From positions 1 through 64,000 of the forward strand of contig JBGARZ010000026.1 of assembly GCA_044229975.1 (NCBI GenBank): a stretch of DNA of 64,000 bases, written 5' to 3'. Under the pieces are notes generated by a model that saw nothing but the letters and a program-made list of their open reading frames with translations, was not told the DNA's origin and ran no database searches. A program made the position numbers and the translations under genes. The number at the start of each line of letters is the position of its first letter. The stretch's first letter is position 1. Below, one piece after another: positions 39,094 to 47,887 of the stretch. The DNA is from Polyangiales bacterium (lineage in GTDB: Bacteria; Myxococcota_A; Polyangia; Polyangiales; Ga0077539).

Positions 39094-40101
39094 ATGAACC
39101 GGTATTCGACCCTTCTTCTCTCTGGCCTTCTCGCCGGCTCCATCGGCGCCTGCAGCAGCGACCCGGCCGTCCCCACCGACGCCGGCAACCCTGCCGGTGA
39201 CACCGGCGTCACGGGCGACGGCGGCGCCTGCACCCCCAACACCATCGCCATGCCGGCGGCGAGCACCACCGGCTGCACGGCCCCGACGGTCGACGGCGGC
39301 GCGGTGCCCTTCTACCAGTGCGGCAGCGAAAACCTCTGTCCCCCCGGCCGCTTCACCAACCCCGCGATGGCCCCGGGCTTCCGCCTCACGTACATCAAGA
39401 TCGTCGCGCCCGAGGCGCTCGCCAGCATGGCGATTCTCTCGGTCATCAACCCGACGCTCGCGCGCGGCTCCTTCCTCTGGGGCCTCAAGCTCGACCTCGC
39501 GTCCAACACCTTCCGCACCGGCGGCCTCAACCCGATGTTCACCCGCGGCACGCGGGGCGTCGGCCTGATGGACGGCACCTACTCCTTCTTCAACAACAAC
39601 GGCCCTGGCGCCGAGCCCGCCCGCTACAACCCCATCATGGGCGCCGTCACGGTGACCGGCGACCGCGCCAGCACGGCGATGGTGACCACCACGGTCAACA
39701 TCCCGATCTTCAGCGACGAGGCCGGCACCATGCTGCTGACCCAGCTCCCCATGGACAACGCGCGCATCAGCAACGTGCACCTCACGGCCGACCGCGGCTG
39801 CATCGGCGGCGGCATCCCCTCGGGCGGTCGCTACACCGAGACCACCAGCCGCTGGCTCACCGAAGACAGCTGCGACAACCCCTACGGCACCGTCGACGCG
39901 GACATCACGGTCGAAAACGCGAAGACCGTGAGCGTCACCATCGGCGGCAGCCCGACGCCCCTCTGCAACATCATCTCGGGCGCCAACTGCATGACCGACC
40001 CGCAGTCGGGCTGGCCGCGCCAGCCCAACGCGACGGTCAACGGCATGCCCGCGTACCACCTGCGCGCGAACTTCGCCGCCATCTCCGCCAACATCCAGTG
40101 A
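39094..40101 (+). CDS. Lipoprotein, unknown function
   Basis: GGAGG RBS; lipobox IGAC; strong host-like codon bias. Confidence 0.85.
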   Translation: MNRYSTLLLSGLLAGSIGACSSDPAVPTDAGNPAGDTGVTGDGGACTPNTIAMPAASTTGCTAPTVDGGAVPFYQCGSENLCPPGRFTNPAMAPGFRLTYIKIVAPEALASMAILSVINPTLARGSFLWGLKLDLASNTFRTGGLNPMFTRGTRGVGLMDGTYSFFNNNGPGAEPARYNPIMGAVTVTGDRASTAMVTTTVNIPIFSDEAGTMLLTQLPMDNARISNVHLTADRGCIGGGIPSGGRYTETTSRWLTEDSCDNPYGTVDADITVENAKTVSVTIGGSPTPLCNIISGANCMTDPQSGWPRQPNATVNGMPAYHLRANFAAISANIQ

Positions 40102-40165
40102 CCCCGCGCGCCGCGGGCCTCACCGCGGTGTCGTCTCCCCTCCCCCCGACATTCATGCGCTGCTG

Positions 40166-40182
40166 AGACTCGTCACGAGTCT
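40166..40182. promoter_or_regulatory. Perfect 8-1-8 palindrome, candidate transcription-factor operator
   Basis: AGACTCGT-C-ACGAGTCT, ~140 bp upstream of the 1402-aa gene. Confidence 0.4.
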
Positions 40183-40318
40183 GCACGTCACGGCTTTACC
40201 GCGAGCGCGCGGTCGCCGTAGTCTCGCGCCACTCGCTTCTGGTCGGTGGCGCTGGTGGCATGCGCATCGACCCTCTCATTGCAGCCGCGCGGGTCGCGGC
40301 AAGAGGACAAAGGCCCCT

Positions 40319-43300
40319 ATGTGGTCGACGCTGCACAAGGTGTACTGGATGCTCGCCGTGATCCTGATTTCAGGGTGCGGCGGCGGTGGTTGTTCGGGCT
40401 GTGCGGGCGGGGCCATCGCGCCGATCCCGGGCGGCTACCCCCTCGCGCCTGAGACGCGCATCCCGCGCGCCGCGCAGATCCGTTTGACGGAGGGCGGCCT
40501 CAACCGCATCGAGGCCGTCGCGCCGAGCCTGCTCGGCGGGCTTGTCGGCTCGGGCATCCCGGTGCCCACCATCTCGCAGAACCTCTCCGTCGGCCGCGCC
40601 ATCGTGTGCCCGTCGGGCAGCTGCCCCATCCGCATCACGCTGCCCGCCACCAACGCGCTCGACCTCGGCTTCGCCGAGCCCAACGCCATTGGTGTTCGGG
40701 CACGCGTCGAGATCAACGGCGACATCCCCATCCGCGCCTGCGTCGGCTCGTGCAACGACCGCTGCGGCGGAACCTTCTGCGGCACCATCGCGTCGCCCAC
40801 GCTCAACATCAACACGGCGCGCGGCGGGCACCCGTACATCGGCCTGTCGACGCGGGCGACCATCCGCCGCGACACGCACGCGCAGCGGCTCAACTACCAC
40901 CGCGCCGACATCGTCTCCCCGACGGGCTCGGGCGACGCCGTGCAGGAGACGCCCGGCGAGGGCATCGAAAACGAAGACATCTCCTGCAACGACAGCTGGG
41001 TCTGCGGGATCATCAACCTCCTCCGCGGCACCATCGTCGGCCTCGTGCGCGACCAGATCAGCGGCGCGCTCGGCCCCATCGCCGACGCGCTCGCGATGAG
41101 CGACACCAACCCGCCGGGCTGCCCGACGGGTACCACCGCCCGCAGCGGCTCGTGCGTGTACCCCGACAACACCAACGTGCCGACGCTGCTCGGCACCGAC
41201 GGCGCGGGCAACTTCGGCGCCCTCTTCGCGTCGCTCTCGCCGGGCGTGCGCGCCAACGTCGCCTACACCCTCGCGGCGGGTGATCCCACCGCGGACTCGC
41301 AGGTCATCAACGGCGGCATGTCCATCAACATGTTCGGCGCGATGCAGTCGGCGGGTCACAACGCCTGCGTGCCGCGCCTCCCCGCGCCGGCCATCCCGAC
41401 CATCCCCGAGTACATGGCCCTGCGCGGCAACGTGGTGCCCGGCACCATGACCCCCATCGACCTCGGCATCGGCATCGCGGAGGAGTTCCTCAACTACTCG
41501 GCGTTCCAGCTGTGGGACGCGGGCACGCTCTGCCTCGGCGTCGGCACCAACCTCAGCCAGCAGATCTCGGCGGGCACCTTCGCCATCCTCCCGGCGCTCT
41601 CCTCGATGCGCCAGATCCTCTTCCCCGCCACCACCGGTCCGGTGGCCATCGTACTGCGCCCGCAGCAGCCCCCGGCCGTCCGCATCGGCCGCGGCACCAA
41701 CGTCGACACCGACCCGCTGCTCGGCATCCGCCTGCCGCGCCTCGCGCTCGACTTCTACGCCTGGAGCGAGGAGCGCTACGTGCGCTTCATGACCCTGACC
41801 ACCGACGCCGTCGTCGGCGTCAACCTCGAAGCCGACGCGGGCGGTCTGCTGCCGCGCCTCGGGCAGCTCCGCACCGAGAACATCACGGTCTCCAACAACA
41901 CGCTGCTCTCCAACAACCCGGCCCTCATCGGCACCTCGCTGTCGGCCATCCTGGGCCCGGCGCTCGGCATGCTGGGCGGCAGCTTGAGCCCCATCGCGAT
42001 CCCGGGCTTCGACGTCCCGGGCAGCGGCGGCTCCACCCTCGGCCGCGTGGCCATCAACATCCCCGCTGGCGGCGTGCAGGGCGTGACCGAGGGCAGCAAC
42101 CGCTTCCTCGGACTCTTCGCGGGCATCGCGTTCACCCCGGCGGGCTCGCGGCCCAGCACCGCGACCCTCGACACCATCGCGACCCTCGACGCCGTGCGCG
42201 TCGAGCCGGCGTTCTTCCGCTCGGCGGCGGGCTTCACGCAGGAGAACCTCCCCCACGTGGCCTTCCACGTGAGCTCGCCCAACGACCTCGGCCACCCGGT
42301 CGAGTACTCGTGGCGCATCGACCGCCAGACCTGGTCGAGCTTCAGCACCGAGACCCAGTACGACATCCAGGACTTCGCCTTCGCGGGCCCCGGTCGTCAC
42401 ACCATCGCGGTGCGCGCGCGCATCGCGGGTGAGCCCAGCACGGCCGACAGCGAGCCGGCGCAGTTCACCTTCATCATCGACCCCGTCGCGCCGGAGCTCT
42501 CCGCGCACCTCGACCAGGGCGCCGTCATCGCCGAGGCGACCGACAACCAGAACACCGCGCTGGAGTATTCGTTCCAGTTCGACAACGGCCCCGCCTCGGA
42601 GTGGGGCGCGTCGGATCGCGCGGACGTCCCCGAGGGCGCGACCCGCATCGTGGTGCGCGTCCGCGACGCCTCGGGCAACGTCACCGAGCGCATCATCAAC
42701 CGCCAGTCCCTCATCCGCGGCGGCGCCACCACCGACTCCGGGAGCGGCGGCTGCGGCTGCCGCGTGGCGGGCGCCTCCAGCAACAGCAGCGGTCGCGGAT
42801 CGGCGGGCCTGCTCGGGCTCTTCGCCGCGGGCGTGGTGATCGCGGCGCGTCGTCGTCGCCGGGCCAGCGCCCGCGTCGCGGCGGCGCTCGTCGCCGCCAC
42901 CGGCGCCGTCGCCGTCGGTTGCGCGGACACCAACACCGCCACCAACGCCGACGGCGGCGACGGCGGCGGCGTCGTAGGCGACAACGGCATGGTCGACCCG
43001 ATGGACGGCGGCGCCACCACCTGCGAGTCGGGGCAGAACCTCTGCGCGTCGTCGGGCATGTGCACGACCCCGCCCGCGTGCCCCGAGTGCATGCCGGGCT
43101 TCGGGCCGATGGGCGCGCCGACCTTCACGGCCGCGACCTGCGCGTACGACACCTCCGCGTGCAGTTGCGTGCGGCTGCCCCCGCTGCCCCCCGGCGCGGT
43201 GGGCTCTCACCTGCACATGGCCGCCGCGGCCGATGGTGCCATCTGGATGTCCGCGTACTCGCCGGGCGAGCCGACGGACGTCGCCCGCTACGGAGACCTC

Positions 43301-44527
43301 GTGGTCGGCCGCTGGGCGCAGGAGACGAGCTCGGTGGCGTGGACCCACGTCGACGGCGTTCCGGCGACGGGGATGGTGACGGGCGACCCGATGGGCTGGC
43401 GCAACGGCGTCAGCACGCCGGGCGACGACGTCGGGCGCTTCAACAGCATCGCCCTCAACGCCGCCAACCAGCCGCGGGTCGCGTACTGGGACACCACCAA
43501 CGACAAGCTGAAGTTCGCGGCCTTCGATGGCACCGCGTGGTCGGCGCACACCGTCGACGCGCAGGGCTCCAACGGCCGCTACGCCTCGCTCGCGCTGCTC
43601 GCCGACGGCACGCCGCTCGTCGCGTACCGCGCGGTGGCCGTGTCCGCCGACGGCCAGGTGCGGTCGGTGGTGCGCGTCGCTCGCGGCAACAGCGCGACGC
43701 CCGCCCGCGCCACCGACTGGACCATCTCCGACGCCGTGACGCTCCCCAGCCGATGCCGCGCTACCGATTGCGCGACGGGTCAGTCGTGCGTGGAGAGCAC
43801 GGGCCGCTGCGCCCCCGCGGGCACCTGCGCCGCCACCTGCGGCTCGGGTCAGGCGTGCGTGGGCACCACCTGCCAGGACATCATCGAGCGCACCTTCGTC
43901 GAAGACCTGCCCCCCGGCGCGCTCTTCATCAACCTGCTCATCGACGGCATGGGCCGTCCGGCGCTGGTGTTCTACAACCGCGACCGCGGCAACCTGATGT
44001 TCGCGCAGGGCAACGCGATGGGGATGTTTGCGGCGCCGGTGATCCTCGACGGCGAAGGCGCGATGGCGCGCGACACCGGCGACCGGGGCATCTCGGCGAC
44101 CGCGACGGTGGAGGGTGCCAACACCATCCACGTGGCCTACGTCGACGGCTGGGAGGAGCGGCTGATGTACCTCCGCGTCGTCAACGGAGCGCCCATGGGC
44201 GCGCCCGCGGTGGTCGACGACGGCTCTGGCGTCGGGACGACCATGAGCTTCGAAGACGGTCGGCACATCGTGGGTGACGGCGCCTCGGTGATCGTCGGCA
44301 CCGGCGGTCTTCGCATCGCCTACCAGGACGCCACCGTCGGAACGCTCCGTCTCGCGTCCCTCACGGGCTCGGGGATGGCCGCCACGTGGACGCGCTCGGT
44401 GGTCGACTCGATGAACCACACGGGCTATTGGGCCTCGACCTCGCGCGGCTTCATCGGAACCTACTGGCGCGACCTGTCCGACTCGTCGATGCGGCGCTGG
44501 GGCGTGCGGGTCTTCCCGCTGCCCTGA
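40319..44527 (+). CDS. Large (1402 aa) lipoprotein with an internal MYXO-CTERM-like signal and a second lipobox; C-half beta-propeller-like with Cys-rich inserts
   Basis: N-terminal lipobox ISGC; GGGCGC-linker-TM-RRRRR at aa ~809-848; AALVAATGAVAVGC at aa ~855-868; repeated S.AL...G.P.VAY blades. Confidence 0.88.
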   Translation: MWSTLHKVYWMLAVILISGCGGGGCSGCAGGAIAPIPGGYPLAPETRIPRAAQIRLTEGGLNRIEAVAPSLLGGLVGSGIPVPTISQNLSVGRAIVCPSGSCPIRITLPATNALDLGFAEPNAIGVRARVEINGDIPIRACVGSCNDRCGGTFCGTIASPTLNINTARGGHPYIGLSTRATIRRDTHAQRLNYHRADIVSPTGSGDAVQETPGEGIENEDISCNDSWVCGIINLLRGTIVGLVRDQISGALGPIADALAMSDTNPPGCPTGTTARSGSCVYPDNTNVPTLLGTDGAGNFGALFASLSPGVRANVAYTLAAGDPTADSQVINGGMSINMFGAMQSAGHNACVPRLPAPAIPTIPEYMALRGNVVPGTMTPIDLGIGIAEEFLNYSAFQLWDAGTLCLGVGTNLSQQISAGTFAILPALSSMRQILFPATTGPVAIVLRPQQPPAVRIGRGTNVDTDPLLGIRLPRLALDFYAWSEERYVRFMTLTTDAVVGVNLEADAGGLLPRLGQLRTENITVSNNTLLSNNPALIGTSLSAILGPALGMLGGSLSPIAIPGFDVPGSGGSTLGRVAINIPAGGVQGVTEGSNRFLGLFAGIAFTPAGSRPSTATLDTIATLDAVRVEPAFFRSAAGFTQENLPHVAFHVSSPNDLGHPVEYSWRIDRQTWSSFSTETQYDIQDFAFAGPGRHTIAVRARIAGEPSTADSEPAQFTFIIDPVAPELSAHLDQGAVIAEATDNQNTALEYSFQFDNGPASEWGASDRADVPEGATRIVVRVRDASGNVTERIINRQSLIRGGATTDSGSGGCGCRVAGASSNSSGRGSAGLLGLFAAGVVIAARRRRRASARVAAALVAATGAVAVGCADTNTATNADGGDGGGVVGDNGMVDPMDGGATTCESGQNLCASSGMCTTPPACPECMPGFGPMGAPTFTAATCAYDTSACSCVRLPPLPPGAVGSHLHMAAAADGAIWMSAYSPGEPTDVARYGDLVVGRWAQETSSVAWTHVDGVPATGMVTGDPMGWRNGVSTPGDDVGRFNSIALNAANQPRVAYWDTTNDKLKFAAFDGTAWSAHTVDAQGSNGRYASLALLADGTPLVAYRAVAVSADGQVRSVVRVARGNSATPARATDWTISDAVTLPSRCRATDCATGQSCVESTGRCAPAGTCAATCGSGQACVGTTCQDIIERTFVEDLPPGALFINLLIDGMGRPALVFYNRDRGNLMFAQGNAMGMFAAPVILDGEGAMARDTGDRGISATATVEGANTIHVAYVDGWEERLMYLRVVNGAPMGAPAVVDDGSGVGTTMSFEDGRHIVGDGASVIVGTGGLRIAYQDATVGTLRLASLTGSGMAATWTRSVVDSMNHTGYWASTSRGFIGTYWRDLSDSSMRRWGVRVFPLP

Positions 44528-44601
44528 CCTCGCGATGAACTGAACCGATCGACGGGCGCGTCGCGATCAACCGATCGCCCGCGCCCGTCGGCTTCTGACA
44601 A

Positions 44602-44689
44602 GTCGGCGTGGCGGAATGGCATACGCAGGTGGCTTAAAACCACCGGGGACGACAGTCTCGTGCGGGTTCGACCCCCGCCGCCGATACCA
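44602..44689 (+). tRNA. tRNA-Leu (anticodon UAA)
   Basis: Acceptor GTCGGCG/CGCCGAT, anticodon arm GGTGG-CT-TAA-AA-CCACC, long variable arm, GCGGG-TTCGACC-CCCGC T-arm, A discriminator, encoded CCA. Confidence 0.96.
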
Positions 44690-44702
44690 GAGCTGTGGAT
44701 GA

Positions 44703-44717
44703 GGGAGGGAGGGAGGG
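44703..44717 (+). repeat. (GGGA)3GGG tract, G-quadruplex-forming motif
   Basis: Four GGG runs with single-A loops, 13 nt downstream of the tRNA CCA. Confidence 0.7.
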
Positions 44718-44741
44718 AGAGGACGAGGCGGGAGGGGAAGC

Positions 44742-44996
44742 TCAGCTCGCGAGGGCGGTGAGCTTCTCTTCGACGAAGCGATGCACGCTGGTGAGCGTGG
44801 AGATGTTCTTGAACTCGCTCTCGGCGATCTTGAGGTGATAGCGCCGCTCGATGTCCGAGATGATCTCGATGGCCTGCATCGAGTCGACGCCGAGCTCGCG
44901 CAGCGGAACGTCGTCGCCGATGGCGTCGGCGTCCTTCTCGATGACCTCGGCGATGAGGGCGCGGAGGTCTTCCTTCAAGCTGACCGGGGTGGACAT
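44742..44996 (-). CDS. Acyl carrier protein
   Basis: ELGVDSMQAIEI; acidic 84-aa helical protein; ATG 44996 with GGAG RBS. Confidence 0.92.
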   Translation of the reverse strand: MSTPVSLKEDLRALIAEVIEKDADAIGDDVPLRELGVDSMQAIEIISDIERRYHLKIAESEFKNISTLTSVHRFVEEKLTALAS

Positions 44997-45010
44997 GGCG
45001 GCTGCTCCGT

Positions 45011-45256
45011 TCACGCGTTGGTGCGCTTCTGAACCAGGTCGACGAGCTGCGCGACGGTGGAGATGCCCACGAGCTGGTCGTCCGGAATCTGGATCTTGAA
45101 CTCGCGCTCCATCTCACCAACGATCTCGAGCATCCCAAGGGAGTCGATGCCGAGGTCGCTGATCGCCGTCTTGTCGTTGGGCAGTGGGATGTCCTTCTCG
45201 GCGACCTTGCTGGCGATCTCGCGGAAGGTGGTGAGCAACTGGTCTCGTGCGATCAT
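45011..45256 (-). CDS. Acyl carrier protein
   Basis: DLGIDSLGMLEIV..MEREF.I.IPDD; start 45256 or 45274. Confidence 0.92.
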   Translation of the reverse strand: MIARDQLLTTFREIASKVAEKDIPLPNDKTAISDLGIDSLGMLEIVGEMEREFKIQIPDDQLVGISTVAQLVDLVQKRTNA

Positions 45257-45485
45257 CGGGGCGACGCGCTCCATGGGGTGGTCATTGGGTGAGCGGCGAA
45301 GAGGCGCGCTCCAGGCGAGCGGTTCATCGCAGCGATCGTGCCTGCCTGTCAAGGCGCGCAACCCCCGAGAACACAAGCGTTTCGTGCACGTCTGAAGTGC
45401 GTAGTCGGCGTGGCGGTGGGCACCCCTTTTCGCGCCCCGCCCACGGCTTGCTGGCGTCGCGGCGCATCGGCTATAGCCCGCGCCG

Positions 45486-46733
45486 ATGGCACCTCGGGTC
45501 CTCATCACCGGGATGGGCGTGGTCAGCTCGATCGGGCTGGGCCGCGAGGCGTTCTGGCGTTCGCTCTCCCGTGGCGTGAGCGGCACCTCGCCCATCGCCT
45601 CCTTCGACACGTCGCGCCTCGGCCGCTCGCTCGCCGCCGAGGTGCAGGGCTTCCGTCCCACGGATCACCTCTCGGCCGTCGAGGCGACGCGCGCCGGTCG
45701 CTGCGCCGCCTTCGCGATGGCCGCCGCTCGCATGGCCGTGCGCGACGCGGGCCTCGGCGACGCTGCGCTCCGCACCGAGCGCGCCAGCGTCGTGCTCGGA
45801 ACCACCATGGGCGAGGCCGACGTCTGCGGGCTCCTCGACGCGCGGTGGATCCACGACGGCGCCGACGCGATGTCGGCGCGGGTGATTCCGAAGTACGCGC
45901 CGTACCTGCTCGCGATGGAGACGGCGCGCGCGCTCGGCTGTCGCGGCACGGTGCTCACGCTGCCGGCGGCATGCGCAGCGGGCAACTACGCCATCGGGTA
46001 CGCGAGCGATCTCATCCGCGCGGGCCGCGCCGACGTGGTCATCACGGGCGCCTCGGAGATGCTGCAAGAACTTCAGTTCGCGGGCTTCGTCCGGCTGGGC
46101 GCGGTCGCCCCGGAGCGCTGCCAGCCCTTCGACCTCGAACGCCAGGGTCTCATCGTCGGCGAAGGCGCCGGGGTGCTGGTGCTGGAGTCCGAGGCCCACG
46201 CGGTGCGCCGCGGCGCGACGGCGCTCGCCGAGGTCGGCGGCTACGGCCTCGCGTGCGACGCCTTCCACATCACGCGACCCGAACCCTCCGGCGCGGGGAT
46301 CATCCACGCCATCCGCGAGTCCATCCGTCGCTCGGGGCTGACGGCGACGGACGTGGACTTCATCAACGCCCACGGCACGGCGACCAAGGCCAACGACGTG
46401 GTGGAGTCGACGGCGGTGCGTGAAGTGTTTGGCGGGCGAGCGGTTCCGCTCACGTCGGTGAAGAGCCTCATCGGGCACTGCATGGGCGCGGCGAGCGCCA
46501 TCGAGGCGGTGAGCTGCGTCGAGACCATCCTCACGGGCGTCTATCCACCGACCGTGGGCTACACGACGCCCGACCCGGAGTGCGACGTGGCCGTGGTCGC
46601 CAACGAGGCGGGACGTGGGCGCGCCGACGTGGTGCTCAACCATTCTCTGGCCTTCGGTGGCTACGACGCGGTGGTGCTCTTCGCGAAGCCCGATCGCCTG
46701 CCGCCGCCCGACGCGCGTGAGGTGTCGGCGTGA
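45486..46733 (+). CDS. Beta-ketoacyl-ACP synthase (FabF-like, catalytic)
   Basis: AACAAGN (Cys), INAHGTAT.AND, KSLIGHCMGAA, LAFGG. Confidence 0.93.
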   Translation: MAPRVLITGMGVVSSIGLGREAFWRSLSRGVSGTSPIASFDTSRLGRSLAAEVQGFRPTDHLSAVEATRAGRCAAFAMAAARMAVRDAGLGDAALRTERASVVLGTTMGEADVCGLLDARWIHDGADAMSARVIPKYAPYLLAMETARALGCRGTVLTLPAACAAGNYAIGYASDLIRAGRADVVITGASEMLQELQFAGFVRLGAVAPERCQPFDLERQGLIVGEGAGVLVLESEAHAVRRGATALAEVGGYGLACDAFHITRPEPSGAGIIHAIRESIRRSGLTATDVDFINAHGTATKANDVVESTAVREVFGGRAVPLTSVKSLIGHCMGAASAIEAVSCVETILTGVYPPTVGYTTPDPECDVAVVANEAGRGRADVVLNHSLAFGGYDAVVLFAKPDRLPPPDAREVSA

Positions 46734-47884
46734 CCCCGCTCGCCCTCACCGGCTTCGGCGTCGCCTCGCCCCTCGGCCTCGGCTGGGATGCCTTTCGCGC
46801 GAGCCTCGCGGCCCCGCCGGGCGGCGCGTTTACGACGACCCCGACGAGCTTCACGCACCCGCCGCACCCGGCCCTGCGCCTCGCGGAGATCGCCAACTTC
46901 GACCCGCGCCCCATCGTCGGCGACAAGGGTCTGCGCAACAACGATCGGCTCACCCGCCTGCTCCTCGTGGCGGCGCGGCTCGGCCTCGACCACGCGGGCG
47001 TGAAGCGCGAAGCGGCCTTCATCGCGCTCGGCCCCACGGAGGTCGGCGTGTGCGCGTCGACGGCGTACGGGAGCCTGGAGGCCATCCACGAGCTCGACAC
47101 GGTCTCGCGGCTCGAAGACCCGCGGTACATCAACCCGGCGCGCTTCCCCAACACGGTCATCAACAGCTCCGTCGGGTACGTGAGCATCTGGGAAGACCTG
47201 CGCGCCCTCAACGCGACCATCACCAACGGCCCCACCGGGGGCCTCGACGCCTTCGACGCCGCGTCGCTCTGGCTCGCCGCGGGGCGCGCGAAGGCCGTGC
47301 TCACGGGTGGCGCCGAGGCGTCGTCCGAGGGGCTGTGGCACGCGCTTCGACGACTCGGCGTGCTCGACGAGACGCCCGCGACCTGGGCGCCCGGCGACCC
47401 CGCCTCGCGAGGGCTGCGGCTCGGTGAGGGCGCGTGTCTGATGGTGCTCGAAGAGACCGCTGCGGCGAGGGCGCGAGGCGCGACGGTCCACGCGGAGGTC
47501 GTCGGGTACGGCGCGGCGTTTGAGCCGACGGACGACAGCGCGCCGATGGTTCATGTGAGCGGCGAGGCGCTGGCGCGTGCGGTGCGGATGGCGCTCGCGG
47601 ACGCAGGCATCGAGCGCTCGCGGGTGGCGATGGCAGTGAGCGGACTCGGCGGGCTACCGGCCCTTGATGGGCCCGAGCGCGCTGCGATCGCCGCGGTGCT
47701 GGACGGCGTCGAGATCAAGACGCCGAAGTCGTGGTGCGGTGAGACGCTCGGCGCGGCGGGGGCCTTCGGGGTCGCCGCGGCGAGCGCATGGTTGGCGGAC
47801 CGGAGCGCGGGCGACTGCGCGGTAGTGACATCCGTCGGGTTCTACGGAAACGCGTCGGCGCTGGTGGTTCGACGTGCGGAGTGA
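46730..47884 (+). CDS. Non-catalytic ketosynthase homolog (chain-length-factor-like)
   Basis: KS fold motifs (P..FPNTV.N, GEGA...VLE, GETLGA.G), but the Cys position reads NGPTGG and both His positions are replaced; GTGA coupling to the KS. Confidence 0.85.
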   Translation: MTPLALTGFGVASPLGLGWDAFRASLAAPPGGAFTTTPTSFTHPPHPALRLAEIANFDPRPIVGDKGLRNNDRLTRLLLVAARLGLDHAGVKREAAFIALGPTEVGVCASTAYGSLEAIHELDTVSRLEDPRYINPARFPNTVINSSVGYVSIWEDLRALNATITNGPTGGLDAFDAASLWLAAGRAKAVLTGGAEASSEGLWHALRRLGVLDETPATWAPGDPASRGLRLGEGACLMVLEETAAARARGATVHAEVVGYGAAFEPTDDSAPMVHVSGEALARAVRMALADAGIERSRVAMAVSGLGGLPALDGPERAAIAAVLDGVEIKTPKSWCGETLGAAGAFGVAAASAWLADRSAGDCAVVTSVGFYGNASALVVRRAE

Positions 47885-47887
47885 GCG

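Noticed and set aside
40247..40282. Possible sigma54 promoter (TGGC motifs) upstream of the 1402-aa gene
   Set aside because: GG-N10-GC spacing is not satisfied.
40370..44419. 1349-aa antisense ORF and many other long overlapping ORFs (e.g. 5542-7104, 24388-26028, 47654-49648, 49005-50981)
   Set aside because: Typical stop-poor antisense or alternate frames of high-GC coding DNA, with no protein motifs.
44602..44689. tRNA-Leu as an island integration site for the KS-CLF-SPT module
   Set aside because: No duplicated tRNA 3' end, integrase or codon-usage shift was seen downstream.
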